Under the pieces are notes generated by a model. The model had not been told where the DNA came from, searched no databases, and saw only the letters and a list, made by a program, of their open reading frames with translations. Source: Delftia acidovorans NBRC 14950 (GTDB lineage Bacteria > Pseudomonadota > Gammaproteobacteria > Burkholderiales > Burkholderiaceae_C). From it: DNA of 32,000 bases. The stretch is from positions 210,001-242,000 of the forward strand of contig NZ_BCZP01000007.1 in NCBI RefSeq assembly GCF_001598795.1, written 5' to 3'. This document shows positions 16,971 to 26,499 of this stretch, in pieces (the first letter of the stretch is position 1; each line of letters begins with the position of its first letter). A program made the position numbers and the translations under genes.

Positions 16971-17828
16971 ATGCAACTGCCCCTCAACGCCCTGCGCATG
17001 TTCGACGCGGCCGCGCGCCATCTCAACCTGACGCGGGCGGCCGACGAGCTGTGCGTGACCCAGGCCGCCGTCAGCCAGCACATCCGCAACCTGGAGGAGC
17101 GCCTGGGCAAGCCGCTGTTCCGGCGCCTGCCGCGCGGCCTGGCGCTGACCGACGAAGGCCATGCGCTGTGGCCTGCCGTGGCCGAGAGCTTTGCGCGCAT
17201 AGAGCATTCGCTGCAGCAGGTGGCCGAACCGCGCCCGCGCGAGGTCCTTACCGTGGGCGTGGTCGGCACCTTCGCCATCGGCTGGCTGATTCCCAGGCTG
17301 GGCCAGTTCCAGCAGCAGCACCCCTACATCGACCTGCGACTGCTCACGCACAACAACCGCGTGGACCTGGCCGGCGAAGGGCTGGATGCGGCCGTGCGCT
17401 TCGGCGACGGCGCCTGGCAGGGCACGCGCGCCGAGCTGCTGCTGCGCGCGCCGCTGACGCCCATGTGCACCCCCGCCCTGGCCCAGCGCCTGCGCCAGCC
17501 GGCCGACCTGGCCGGGCAGACGCTGCTGCGCTCGTACCGCCTGCAGGAGTGGGAGAGCTGGTTTGCCACGCTGGACCAGAGCGCGCCGCTGGCGCGCGGG
17601 GCCATGTTCGACTCCTCGCTGACGCTGGCCGAGGCGGCGGCCCAGGGCGCGGGCGTGGCCCTGCTGCCGGCGCGCATGTTCCAGCACCTGCTGCAGCAGG
17701 GCCGGCTGGTGCGCCCCTTCGAGCAGGAGGTGGACACGGGCGCCTACTGGCTGACCCATCTGCGCTCGCGCGCACCCAGCGCGGCGCTCAAGACCTTCAG
17801 GCAATGGCTGCTGGCGCAGCTGCAATAG
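16971..17828 (+). CDS. LysR-family regulator of the AmpR/GcvA subgroup, divergent from the beta-lactamase
   Basis: MQLPLNALRMFDAAARHLNLTRAADELCVTQAAVSQHIRNLEERLGKPLFRRLPRGLALTDEG closely parallels the AmpR/GcvA N-terminus (PLNSLRAFEAAARHLSFTRAA...). The 109-bp divergent spacer contains ATTGGC direct repeats at 16935 and 16960. Confidence 0.9.
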   Translation: MQLPLNALRMFDAAARHLNLTRAADELCVTQAAVSQHIRNLEERLGKPLFRRLPRGLALTDEGHALWPAVAESFARIEHSLQQVAEPRPREVLTVGVVGTFAIGWLIPRLGQFQQQHPYIDLRLLTHNNRVDLAGEGLDAAVRFGDGAWQGTRAELLLRAPLTPMCTPALAQRLRQPADLAGQTLLRSYRLQEWESWFATLDQSAPLARGAMFDSSLTLAEAAAQGAGVALLPARMFQHLLQQGRLVRPFEQEVDTGAYWLTHLRSRAPSAALKTFRQWLLAQLQ

Positions 17829-17921
17829 CCACGGACGCCCGCGGCAAGACCCGCAGGCCGCCTGACTTTGGCCCCGGCGCTATCATCTGCCGCTTTTGGC
17901 CCCTAGCCCCGTCCCCGCTCC

Positions 17922-18593
17922 ATGACCCAGACCCTGCCGGTTCTCTACTCGTTTCGCCGCTGCCCCTACGCCATCCGCGCCCGCCTGGCGCTGGCCCATG
18001 CCGGCCTGGCCTGCGAGCTGCGCGAAATCAACCTGCGCAACAAGCCGCAGGCGCTGCTCGATGCCTCGCCCAAGGGCACGGTGCCCGTGCTGGTGCTGGA
18101 AGACGGCCGCGTGATCGAGCAGAGCCTGGATGTCATGCTGCACGCGCTGCGCGCCAATGACCCGGACGGCTGGCTGGCACCGACCAGCGGTTCGCTGCCG
18201 GACATGCTGGCGCTGATCGAGCGCAACGACGGCTTTTTCAAGCACGCCCTGGACCGCTGCAAGTACCCCGAACGCTATACGGCCGAAGAGGTCAACCACG
18301 CCCAGGCCGATGCCCTGACCTGGCTGGCCGAGCTGGACGACCAGCTGGAGGCCACCGGCTACCTGTTCGGCCAGAACCCCAGCCTGGCCGACATGGCCCT
18401 GCGCCCCTTCGTGCGCCAGTACGCGCGCATCGACGAGTCGCAATGGAACGAGCAGCCCTGGCCGCACCTGCAGGCCTGGCTGCAGCGCTGGATCGATTCG
18501 GCCCTGTTCGCCGAGGTGATGGAAACCTACCCGGGCTGGGTGCCCGGCACGCGCGGCCCAGTCTTTGCCGCCGGTGGCGTGGGCAGCGACTGA
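17922..18593 (+). CDS. Glutathione S-transferase-family protein (thioredoxin-like N-domain with CPY motif)
   Basis: LYSFRRCPYAIRARLAL...SPKGTVPVLVLEDGRVIEQSLDVMLH is a GST N-terminal fold (cis-Pro VP, ES motif). A helical C-domain follows. Confidence 0.85.
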   Translation: MTQTLPVLYSFRRCPYAIRARLALAHAGLACELREINLRNKPQALLDASPKGTVPVLVLEDGRVIEQSLDVMLHALRANDPDGWLAPTSGSLPDMLALIERNDGFFKHALDRCKYPERYTAEEVNHAQADALTWLAELDDQLEATGYLFGQNPSLADMALRPFVRQYARIDESQWNEQPWPHLQAWLQRWIDSALFAEVMETYPGWVPGTRGPVFAAGGVGSD

Positions 18594-18699
18594 CGCCTGC
18601 CCGCCCCGTGTGCCCTGCCCCGGGTCGGCAGGGGCTGCGCAAGGCAGGCAAAGCTGGCACAGTGGCAGGCTGTTGCCAACCGCATGAGCCTTCGCCGAC

Positions 18700-19347
18700 A
18701 TGACCCTCGCCACCCTGCTCGTCTTCTCCCTGGTCGCGCTGATCGCGATCATCACCCCCGGTCCCACCGTGCTGCTGGCCCTGGCCAATGGCTCGCGCCA
18801 CGGCGTGCGCCGCGCCCTGCCGGGCATGCTGGGCGCCGTGCTGTCGGACTTCGTGCTGGTCGGCGCTGTCGCGCTGGGCCTGGGCGCGCTGCTGGCGGCC
18901 TCGGAGTTCTGGTTCTCGGTGGTCAAGTGGGCGGGAGCGGCCTACCTGGCCTGGCTGGGCCTGCGCATGCTGCGCAGCCAGGGCGGATCGCTGTCGGCAC
19001 CCCAGGGCGACGGCAAGGCAGAGGCCGGCGCCGACGGCTACAGCGCCCGCACCGTGCTGCTCAAGTCGTTCCTGGTCGCCGTGACCAATCCTAAGGGCTA
19101 CCTGTTCTGCTCGGCCCTGCTGCCGCAGTTCATCGACCCGGCGGCCGCCCAGGCGCCGCAGTACATCGCCATTGCGCTGGTGTTCGCGCTCATCGATTTC
19201 CTGGTGATGCTGGCCTATGCCTTCGCCGGATCACGCGCCGCGCGGCTGCTGCGCGGGCGGGCCGTGATGTGGCTGGACCGCCTGTGCGGCGGCATGCTGC
19301 TGGCGCTGGCAGGCTCGCTGGCCTTCTACCGCCGCGCGTCGAACTAG
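18700..19347 (+). CDS. LysE/RhtB-family amino-acid exporter
   Basis: 215 aa with about six hydrophobic segments. It has the N-terminal ITPGPTVLLALANG motif and NPKGYLF, both characteristic of LysE/RhtB. Confidence 0.88.
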   Translation: MTLATLLVFSLVALIAIITPGPTVLLALANGSRHGVRRALPGMLGAVLSDFVLVGAVALGLGALLAASEFWFSVVKWAGAAYLAWLGLRMLRSQGGSLSAPQGDGKAEAGADGYSARTVLLKSFLVAVTNPKGYLFCSALLPQFIDPAAAQAPQYIAIALVFALIDFLVMLAYAFAGSRAARLLRGRAVMWLDRLCGGMLLALAGSLAFYRRASN

Positions 19348-19382
19348 GCGCGCCGCCCAAGAGCCTCGCCTCCCCCACTGCG

Positions 19383-20339
19383 TCAGCGCGTCGTCCCCAT
19401 GACATCGTCCAGCTGCAGCACGGCCGCCGCGTTGGCGGTGGTGGTGGCCAGGGTGTCGATGGCGCCGGTGCGCAGGGCGCCCAGGATGGCCGTGACCTTG
19501 CTGGATTCGGCCGCCACCGCGATGACGTTGGGTATGCGCAGCAGGTCCTCGCGGCTCAGGCCGATGACGCGGTCCTGCATGGGGGTGGCGGCCGGCTGGC
19601 CGTGGATGTCGATGAAGTCGTAGCCCATCATGTCGCCCACCGTGCCCGCGCGGCGGGCGTCCGAGATCTCCTGCGCGGAAAACCAGCCCATGCGGGCCAT
19701 GTTGCTGTCCACGCTGACATCGCCCACGCCGATGAGGGCGATGTCGGCGCGGCGCGCCTTGTCCAGGGTGTGCCTGACGGTGTCGTTGTCCAGCAGCGCC
19801 TTGCGCAGTTGCGGATCGCCCACCAGGGCCGGCGCATAGAGCGATTCGGACTTGCCGCCAAAGCGCGCGGCCAGGCGGCGCGCGATGTGGTCGGCGTTCA
19901 TCGCCTCCCCGCCACGGTAGGAGCCGCCGATGGCGCTGACGAAGTGGCACTCCCGCCGTGTGGCGGACAGGGCGTGCTCGGAGACCGAGGACACGTTGCG
20001 CCCCATGCCCACGGCCACGATGGAGCCATCGACCAGGATGCGCTCCAGCTCGCTGGCCACCAGCCCTGCCAGCAGTTCGCGCTGCCGGTCGGCATCCTTG
20101 TGGTCCACCGCGATCAGCGCGCGCTTGATGTGAAAGCGCTCGGTCAGCTGCCGCTCCAGGTCGGCGGACACCAGCGAATGCGGCCGCACGCGGATCTCGA
20201 CAATGCCCTCTTCCTGCGCGCGGCGCAGCAGCCGCCCGACGGTGGCGCGCGAGATGCCGAACTCCTTGGACAGTTGGTCCTGCGTGCATCCATCGACGTA
20301 GTACAGGGTCGCCAGTCGCGTCAGGTCGCTTTCAGTCAA
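19383..20339 (-). CDS. SorC/DeoR-type sugar-binding transcriptional regulator
   Basis: LTRLATLYYVDGCTQDQLSKEFGISRATVGRLLRRAQEEGIVEIRV is the HTH, followed by a sugar-phosphate-binding domain (...VAVGMGRNV..., IGVGDV...). The track ORF starts at a TTG at 20351. The TTG at 20339 is preceded by GGAGG (20346-20350) with 6-nt spacing, so I prefer it. There is no in-frame ATG nearby. It is the last gene of the polyol operon. Confidence 0.85.
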   Translation of the reverse strand: MTESDLTRLATLYYVDGCTQDQLSKEFGISRATVGRLLRRAQEEGIVEIRVRPHSLVSADLERQLTERFHIKRALIAVDHKDADRQRELLAGLVASELERILVDGSIVAVGMGRNVSSVSEHALSATRRECHFVSAIGGSYRGGEAMNADHIARRLAARFGGKSESLYAPALVGDPQLRKALLDNDTVRHTLDKARRADIALIGVGDVSVDSNMARMGWFSAQEISDARRAGTVGDMMGYDFIDIHGQPAATPMQDRVIGLSREDLLRIPNVIAVAAESSKVTAILGALRTGAIDTLATTTANAAAVLQLDDVMGTTR

Positions 20340-20384
20340 GGGTGCCTCCAAGGGTGCCGGGAAAGGCGCGCAGTGTAGCGCCGC

Positions 20385-21506
20385 TCACCGGGCCTCGCCA
20401 GCGTGGGGCAGCAGCAGGACCTTGACCGAGTCCATGGAATCGGCCACCCGGATGGCGCTCTCCCAGTCCGACAGCGCATAGCGGTGGGTGACGATGCCCT
20501 CGGAGGTGACCAGCCCGCGCGCCAGCAGGTCGATGGCAATGGGGTAGCAATGGGCGCTCAGGTGGGCGCCGCGCAGGTCCAGCTCCTTTTCCTCGCCGAT
20601 GATGGACCAGTCCACCGTGGTCTCGCGCCCGAAGACACTGAACTCCACGAAGCGGCCGAGCTTGCGCACCAGGTCCAGCCCCTGCGTCACGCCCGAGGGC
20701 GCGCCCGTGGTCTCTATGTACACATCGCAGCCATAGCCGTCGGTCAGTGCGTGCACGATGGCGCGGGCGTCCTCGCGCGCGGGGTTGATGGTCACGTCGG
20801 CGCCGCAGCGGCGCGCCAGCGCCAGGCGCTGATCCGACAGGTCCATGACCACCAGCCGGCGCGGCGTCTTCAGGCGCGCCACCTGGGCCATGAGCAGGCC
20901 CAGCGTGCCCGCGCCGGCGATGACCACCACATCATCGAGCTGGATGTCGCCGCGGTTGACGGCATGGATGGCGCAGGACAGCGGCTCGGTGATGGCCGCA
21001 TCCTCGAAGTCCACGCTCTCGGGAATCCGGTGCACCACGGCGCGGGCGGACAGGCGCATGTACTCGGCCATGCCGCCATCGGCCACCTGGCCCTGGAAGC
21101 CGTAGACATCGTGCACCTCGCACATCCAGCGAAAGCCGGTCCTGCAATAGCGGCAGGCATGGCAGGGCACGATCTGCTCGGCGATCACCCGGTCACCCAG
21201 CTGCACGCCGTGGTGCTCCTGGGCACCCTCGCCCACCTCCACCACATGGCCCCAGAACTCGTGGCCCGCGATCACCGGCGGGCGCACATAGGCTGGGCGG
21301 CCTTTTTCCGGGTCTCCCCAGAAGCGCGGCGCGCCAGCCCAGCATTTGCAGTCGCCCGCGCAAATGCCGCAGGAAGCCACGCGGATGACCAGCTCGCGCG
21401 GCCCGGCCTGCGGACGCGCGACGCGCTCGAGCCGGTAATCCCTGGGCCCGTGGCAGACCACGGCCAGCATGTTCGTATCGGCGGCGTCAGGCAGGGTGTT
21501 TTGCAT
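20385..21506 (-). CDS. Zn-dependent medium-chain polyol/alcohol dehydrogenase
   Basis: CGICAGDCK and GHEFWG provide the catalytic Zn ligands. CHACRYCRTGFRWMC is the structural Zn site. VIAGAGTLGLL is the Rossmann motif. A GGGAGA Shine-Dalgarno lies upstream of the ATG. Confidence 0.9.
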   Translation of the reverse strand: MQNTLPDAADTNMLAVVCHGPRDYRLERVARPQAGPRELVIRVASCGICAGDCKCWAGAPRFWGDPEKGRPAYVRPPVIAGHEFWGHVVEVGEGAQEHHGVQLGDRVIAEQIVPCHACRYCRTGFRWMCEVHDVYGFQGQVADGGMAEYMRLSARAVVHRIPESVDFEDAAITEPLSCAIHAVNRGDIQLDDVVVIAGAGTLGLLMAQVARLKTPRRLVVMDLSDQRLALARRCGADVTINPAREDARAIVHALTDGYGCDVYIETTGAPSGVTQGLDLVRKLGRFVEFSVFGRETTVDWSIIGEEKELDLRGAHLSAHCYPIAIDLLARGLVTSEGIVTHRYALSDWESAIRVADSMDSVKVLLLPHAGEAR

Positions 21507-21554
21507 GGAACTCTCCCGGGTTGCAGGTTGTGGACAGGACGTGGGCGCAGCGCT

Positions 21555-22535
21555 TCATGCCCTGCGGCGCGAACTGTCGAGCAGCACGGCGCCGACGATG
21601 ATCACGCCCTTGATCAACTGCTGGTAGTACGAGGACACGCCCAGCAGGTTCAGCCCGTTGTTGATCACGCCGATGAGCAGGGCGCCGACGACCGTGCCGC
21701 CCAGGCTGCCCGTGCCGCCCGACAGGCTGGTGCCGCCGATCACCACGGCCGCAATGGCGTCCAGCTCGTAGGACACGCCGGCCTGCGGCAGCGCCGCCGT
21801 AGTGCGCGACGCCAGCAAAATGCCGGCCAGCCCCGCGAGCAGGCCGCTGACCACATAGACCAGCAGCACGATGGCGCGGGTGTTGATGCCGCTGGTCTTG
21901 GCGCTGCGCAGGTTGCCGCCCACGGCGTAGATATAGCGGCCATACACGGTGTAGCGCAGCACGAAGGCAAACACCGCGACGGCAACGGCAAAGATCACGA
22001 TGGGCATGGGCACGGGGCCCAGCTGGCCGGCGCCGATGGCAAGAAAGCCGTCGGGCAGCTCGGACACCGGCATGCCGTCGTTGTAGATGTAGGTCAGGCC
22101 GCGCGCCGCACTGAGCATGCCCAGCGTGGCTACGAAGGGCGGCACCGCGAACCAGGCCACCAGCAGGCCGTTGACGCCGCCCAGCAGCATGCCCACGCCC
22201 AGCCCGGCGCCCACGCTCACCGCCAGCCCCTGGCCATCGGCCGCCAGCCAGGCGCCCACCATGCCGGCCAGCGCCAGGATGGCGCCCACCGACAGGTCGA
22301 TGCCCGCCGTCAGCACCACGCACGTCATGCCGATGGCCAGGATGCCGTTGATGGAGGTCTGGCGCAGGATGTCGGCCCAGTTGCCCCAGGTCATGAAATG
22401 GGGGTTGGCCAGCGCCAGCGCGGCGCACAGCGCAATCAGCGCGATGACCACGCCGTAGCGCTCGCGCAGGCTGCGCAGGTCCAGCGCGCGCCGCCCCAAG
22501 AGCGGCGGCGAAGATGCGGCTTGAAGATTCGTCAT
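21555..22535 (-). CDS. Sugar/polyol ABC transporter permease (RbsC/AraH type)
   Basis: 326 aa and highly hydrophobic. It contains ...LTAGIDLSVGAILALAG... and ...AVGGNLRSAKTSGINT..., both typical of the monosaccharide (CUT2) permease family. Confidence 0.9.
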   Translation of the reverse strand: MTNLQAASSPPLLGRRALDLRSLRERYGVVIALIALCAALALANPHFMTWGNWADILRQTSINGILAIGMTCVVLTAGIDLSVGAILALAGMVGAWLAADGQGLAVSVGAGLGVGMLLGGVNGLLVAWFAVPPFVATLGMLSAARGLTYIYNDGMPVSELPDGFLAIGAGQLGPVPMPIVIFAVAVAVFAFVLRYTVYGRYIYAVGGNLRSAKTSGINTRAIVLLVYVVSGLLAGLAGILLASRTTAALPQAGVSYELDAIAAVVIGGTSLSGGTGSLGGTVVGALLIGVINNGLNLLGVSSYYQQLIKGVIIVGAVLLDSSRRRA

Positions 22536-22583
22536 GGAGGACTCCCGCGTTGATGGAAGAAAGGCGTGGGGCCGGCAGGCCGC

Positions 22584-23348
22584 TCACTGGATGGAGTAGC
22601 CCCCGTCGATGACGATGTTCTCGCCCGTCAGCATGCCGGCGTGCGTACCGGCCAGGAACACGGCCAGCCGCGCCACCTCCTCGGGCTGCGCAAAGCGGCC
22701 CGTGGGAATGAGTGCGCGCATGGCCTCCCCCACCTGCCCGGCCCAGGCCTTGCGGCCCAGCGGCGTATCCACCACGGTCGGCGAGATGGCGTTGACGGTG
22801 ATGCCGTCCGTCGCCCACTCCAGCGCCAGCACGCGCGTCAGCCCCACCAGGCCCGCCTTGCTGGCGCAATAGGCGGCATGGCGCCTGAGCGCGACCACGC
22901 TGGCCTGCGAGGCCAGGTTGATGATGCGTCCGTGGCGCTGGCGGCGCATGGCCGGGGCCACCGCCTGGGCCAGCAGCAGCGGCGCCGTGAGGTTGACGGC
23001 CAGCGTGCGCTCCCAGGCCGCCTCGCTGACTTCGCCGGCCGGCTCCAGCAGCGCCACGCCGGCGCTGTTGACCAGGATGTCGATGCGGCCCGTGGCCTCC
23101 AGCACCGTGGCCACCGCCTGCTCCACGCCCGCAGGCCTGGTCACATCCACCTCCAGCGCCAGGTGGTGCCGGGGCTCCGCCAGGCTGGCAGCGGCCACGT
23201 CCAGTGCCTGCCGCTCCAGGTCCACCAGGACGACACGCGCACCGCCTTCGGCGAGCTGCCGGGCAATCGCCAGGCCGATGCCGCCCGCGCCGCCGGTGAC
23301 CAGGGCCGTGCGGCCGTCGAAGTCCCGCTCCAGGCTGGCGGCGCTCAT
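22584..23348 (-). CDS. Short-chain dehydrogenase/reductase (SDR)
   Basis: This is an internal start of track ORF 22584..23465, beginning MSAASLERDFDGRTALVTGGAGGIG (TGxxxGxG). NSAG and the YCASK catalytic YxxxK are also present. The ATG at 23348 overlaps the stop of the binding-protein gene (ATGA at 23345-23348). Confidence 0.9.
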   Translation of the reverse strand: MSAASLERDFDGRTALVTGGAGGIGLAIARQLAEGGARVVLVDLERQALDVAAASLAEPRHHLALEVDVTRPAGVEQAVATVLEATGRIDILVNSAGVALLEPAGEVSEAAWERTLAVNLTAPLLLAQAVAPAMRRQRHGRIINLASQASVVALRRHAAYCASKAGLVGLTRVLALEWATDGITVNAISPTVVDTPLGRKAWAGQVGEAMRALIPTGRFAQPEEVARLAVFLAGTHAGMLTGENIVIDGGYSIQ

Positions 23349-24406
23349 TTGCGCACCTTCTGCAAGAAGGCGTCGGCATTGGCGGGCACGATGGCGGTCC
23401 AGGGCACCTCGTAGGATTTGGCCGTGCCATCGCCCCAGGGCATGGCCTGGGCATACTCGCTCCATACCACCGAGCGCGGCTGGTAGGACGGGCCGACAAG
23501 GTGGCGCAGCAGCACATCCAGCGCGCCCTGCGCCTGGGCCTGGGCATCCTGGAAATTGGTGGTCATCTCGCCGCGCTTGACGGCCGTGATGGCGGCGGCC
23601 ACGCCGTCCACGCCCACCACCGGGATGGTCTTGATGTCGATGCCCTTGGTCTTGATGGCCTGCACCGCGCCCAGGGCCTCGTCGTCGTTCTGGGCGATCA
23701 CGCCCTGTATCTGGCCCGGGAATGCGGTCAGCCAGTTCTCCATCAGTCCCATGGACTCGGCGCGCGACCAGTTGGCGGTCTTGCGCGCCAGCACCTTCAC
23801 GTCCTTGTGGCGGGCCAGCACCTCGTCATTGCCGCGCGCCCGCTCGATCTGTGCCGACTGGCCTATGGGCCCCTCGATGACGACGATATTGCCCTTGCCG
23901 CTGATGGCCTTCATCAATGCCTCGGCCTGCATGCGGCCGGCCACCACATCGTCATTGCCCACGTAGGAGGTCAGCACATCGCCCTGCACGCGCGTGTTGG
24001 AGCCCACCACGGGAATGCCGGCCTTCACCGCCTTCTGCACGGGCGCCGCACCCGCCTTCAGGTCAATGGGCACGAAGAGGATGCCGTCGTACTTCTGCGT
24101 GATCATGGTGTCGAACTGGTTGCTCTGCGTCAGCGCGTCGTAGTTGCCGTCGAACACGGTGATCTGCACCGTGCCGTCCTTCACGGCCGGATGCGCCTTC
24201 AGCTCCTTGGTCCACATCTGCATGAACTCGCCCTTGAGCCCATAGACGGCCGCGCCTATGCGGTAGGGCTTGGCCGGTGCTGGTACTGGTGCTGGTGCCG
24301 TCAGCGGGGCCGGAGCCTGGGCCCGGACCTGCGCTGCGGCCAGGAACAGCCCACCGGCAAGCGCGGCGGCAAGCACGGTGGTGAAACGAAAAAACGGCAT
24401 GGTCAT
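23345..24406 (-). CDS. Periplasmic sugar/polyol-binding protein of the ABC importer (RbsB-like)
   Basis: The M(TM)PFFRFTTVLAAALAGGLFLAAAQVRAQA signal is followed by an Ala/Pro linker (APAPLTAPAPVPAPAKP) and then a type I periplasmic binding fold (...VVGSNTRV..., IAQNDDEALGAVQA...). The ATG at 24400 has better spacing to AGGAGA (24408-24413) than the ATG at 24406. Confidence 0.88.
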   Translation of the reverse strand: MTMPFFRFTTVLAAALAGGLFLAAAQVRAQAPAPLTAPAPVPAPAKPYRIGAAVYGLKGEFMQMWTKELKAHPAVKDGTVQITVFDGNYDALTQSNQFDTMITQKYDGILFVPIDLKAGAAPVQKAVKAGIPVVGSNTRVQGDVLTSYVGNDDVVAGRMQAEALMKAISGKGNIVVIEGPIGQSAQIERARGNDEVLARHKDVKVLARKTANWSRAESMGLMENWLTAFPGQIQGVIAQNDDEALGAVQAIKTKGIDIKTIPVVGVDGVAAAITAVKRGEMTTNFQDAQAQAQGALDVLLRHLVGPSYQPRSVVWSEYAQAMPWGDGTAKSYEVPWTAIVPANADAFLQKVRK

Positions 24407-24463
24407 GTCTCCTGTGTGTTGTGAAAGGCAAGGGGGAAAACGCTGCATGGGCATCGCCCGGGC

Positions 24464-25972
24464 TCAGGAAGCGAGGTGCATCAGCGCCTCCTGCGTGATG
24501 CCGTGGCCGGCCACCACGCGGTCAAGCCGGCCTTTGCGGAAGATGGCAATGCGGTCGCTCAGCTCCAGCAGTTCCGGCGCCTCGGAGGACACCACGACAA
24601 CGGCATGGCCCTGCTCGGCCAGCGAGGCCAGGAAGGCGTACACCTCGCGCTTGGCGCCTTCGTCGATGCCCCGCGTGGGCTCGTCGCACAGCAGGCAGAC
24701 GGGGTTGGTAGCCATGCAGCGGGCCAGCACCACCTTCTGCTGGTTGCCGCCGCTCAGGCCCGAGACCGGCATGGCCGGGCTGGCCAGCTTCACGCGCAGG
24801 CGCTGCAGCAGGCCGCCCACCAGCACGCGCTCTGCCGCGCCATCCACCACCCCGGCGCGCTGCAGGCCCGGCAGTGCGGGCAAGCTGGTGTTGAAGCGCA
24901 CCGAGGAGCTCATCACCAGCCCCGTGGCCTTGCGGTCCTCGGTCACCAGGGCCAGGCCCGCCTTGATCGACGCCGCCGGATTGCCGCGCGGCAGGGGCAG
25001 CCCGCCCATGCTCGCCTGCCCCTGATCGGCGCGCGTGAGGCCGTACAGGCAGTTGAGGAATTCGCTGCGGCCCGATCCCATCAGTCCGTAGATGCCCAGC
25101 ACCTCGCCGGGGGCAACGTCCAGGCTGATGTCCTCGAACTCGCCCCGGCGCGTGAGCCCCTGCACCGACAGCAGCGGCTCGCCCGGCGCCGCAGCCCTGC
25201 GCTCGTTGGCGGCAGCGCGGACTTCCCTGCCCACGATGAGCTTCACCAGCTGCCGCCGGTCGATATCGGCCAGCGCGCCGGTCTGCACGAAGCCGCCATC
25301 GCGGAACACCGTGTAGCTGTCGGCAATGGTGAAGATCTCCGTCAGGCGGTGCGACACGTAGAGGATGCCGGCGCCCTGCGCGGTCACGCGGCGTATCGCG
25401 TCGAAGAGGATGGCGGTCTCGCTTTCGCCAATGGCCGAGGTGGGCTCGTCCATGATGATCAGCTCGCTTTGCCGGCTCAGGGCCTTGGCAATCTCCACCA
25501 GTTGGGTCTGCGCCAGGCTCAGGCGGCCCATCTGCGCACGCGGATCGATATCGAAGCCCAACTGCCTGAGCAGCGCATCCGCCTGCTCCAGCAGCGCGGC
25601 ATGGCGGACCACCACGCCAGCGCGCCGGGGCTCGCGGCCCAGGAAGATGTTCTCGGCCACGCTCATGCCCGGGATGGGCGACAGCTCCTGCGTGATGATG
25701 GACAGGCGGTGCGCCAGCGCCTCGTGCGGCGTGGCGAAATCCACCGGCCGGCCCTTGAGCAGAATCTCGCCGGCATCGCGCCGCAACAGGCCCATCACGA
25801 TGTTCAGGAAGGTGGATTTGCCTGCGCCATTGCCGCCGCACAGCGCGTGCACGCTGCCCGCCTGCAGCTCAAGGCAGCCGTTGCGCAGCGCAGGCACGCC
25901 GCCGAAGCTCTTGGCCACCCCGCGAGCCTGCAGCAGTGCGGTGCCGGTGCGGGTGCCGGTGCCCATGGTCAC
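24464..25972 (-). CDS. Sugar ABC transporter ATP-binding protein with duplicated ABC domains (RbsA-like)
   Basis: Domain 1 has GGNGAGKST, LSLAQTQLVEIAKAL and IIMDEPTS. Domain 2 has GLMGSGRSE, LSGGNQQKVVLARCM and LLCDEPTRGID. The GTG start at 25972 overlaps the isomerase stop (GTGA). An alternative ATG lies at 25966. Confidence 0.92.
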   Translation of the reverse strand: MTMGTGTRTGTALLQARGVAKSFGGVPALRNGCLELQAGSVHALCGGNGAGKSTFLNIVMGLLRRDAGEILLKGRPVDFATPHEALAHRLSIITQELSPIPGMSVAENIFLGREPRRAGVVVRHAALLEQADALLRQLGFDIDPRAQMGRLSLAQTQLVEIAKALSRQSELIIMDEPTSAIGESETAILFDAIRRVTAQGAGILYVSHRLTEIFTIADSYTVFRDGGFVQTGALADIDRRQLVKLIVGREVRAAANERRAAAPGEPLLSVQGLTRRGEFEDISLDVAPGEVLGIYGLMGSGRSEFLNCLYGLTRADQGQASMGGLPLPRGNPAASIKAGLALVTEDRKATGLVMSSSVRFNTSLPALPGLQRAGVVDGAAERVLVGGLLQRLRVKLASPAMPVSGLSGGNQQKVVLARCMATNPVCLLCDEPTRGIDEGAKREVYAFLASLAEQGHAVVVVSSEAPELLELSDRIAIFRKGRLDRVVAGHGITQEALMHLAS

Positions 25973-26442
25973 GCGCCCTGCCCGCGCCCGGCCGCGGCGG
26001 CCTGCGAGCGTTCGAAGCCGGTGATGGCATCCACCTTCAGGGCCGAGCTGCCGCCATCGAAGCGCGATGCAAGGAAGCGGTCCACGATGGCCTTGGCCAG
26101 CTCCACCCCGATCACGCGCGAGCCCAGCGTGATGATCTGCGCGTCGTTGCTGCGGCTGGCGCGCTCGGCCGAATAGGTGTCATGGGCCTGCGCGGCGCGG
26201 ATGCCCGCCACCTTGTTGGCGGCAATGGCCATGCCTATGCCCGTGCCGCACAGCAGAACGCCGCGCTCATGGCGGCCCTGGACGATGGCCTGCGCCACCG
26301 CGATGCCGATGTCGGGGTAGAGCACCGGCTCGCCGTCGTGCGTGCCGAAGTCGGCCACTTCGTGGCCCTGGGCCAGCAGATGCTGCTTCACGGCGTTCTT
26401 GAGGTCGCAGGCGGCTTCGTCGCAGCCGATGGCCAGCTTCAT
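25969..26442 (-). CDS. RpiB/LacA/LacB-family sugar-phosphate isomerase
   Basis: This is an internal start of track ORF 25969..26472, beginning MKLAIGCDEAACDLKNAVKQHL...GVLLCGTGIGMAIAANKVAGIRAA...NDAQIITLGSRV. It is the first gene of the operon. A GGGGA Shine-Dalgarno lies 5 nt upstream. Confidence 0.9.
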   Translation of the reverse strand: MKLAIGCDEAACDLKNAVKQHLLAQGHEVADFGTHDGEPVLYPDIGIAVAQAIVQGRHERGVLLCGTGIGMAIAANKVAGIRAAQAHDTYSAERASRSNDAQIITLGSRVIGVELAKAIVDRFLASRFDGGSSALKVDAITGFERSQAAAAGRGQGA

Positions 26443-26472
26443 GGCATCCCCTTCATTACAAAAGACCATCAC

Positions 26473-26489
26473 ATGATCATTTGATCAAT
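26473..26489. promoter_or_regulatory. Operator candidate A: ATGATCATTTGATCAAT (TGATCA-TT-TGATCA)
   Basis: Read directly. It contains the shared 9-mer GATCATTTG and lies in the leader of the isomerase operon, 31-47 nt upstream of its ATG. Confidence 0.45.
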
Positions 26490-26499
26490 GTTTTTTGAG

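Noticed and set aside
18613-18633. The hairpin CCCTGCC-N7-GGCAGGG after the GST gene as a terminator.
   Set aside because: The stem is short and no T-tract follows. The evidence is too weak to list as a feature.
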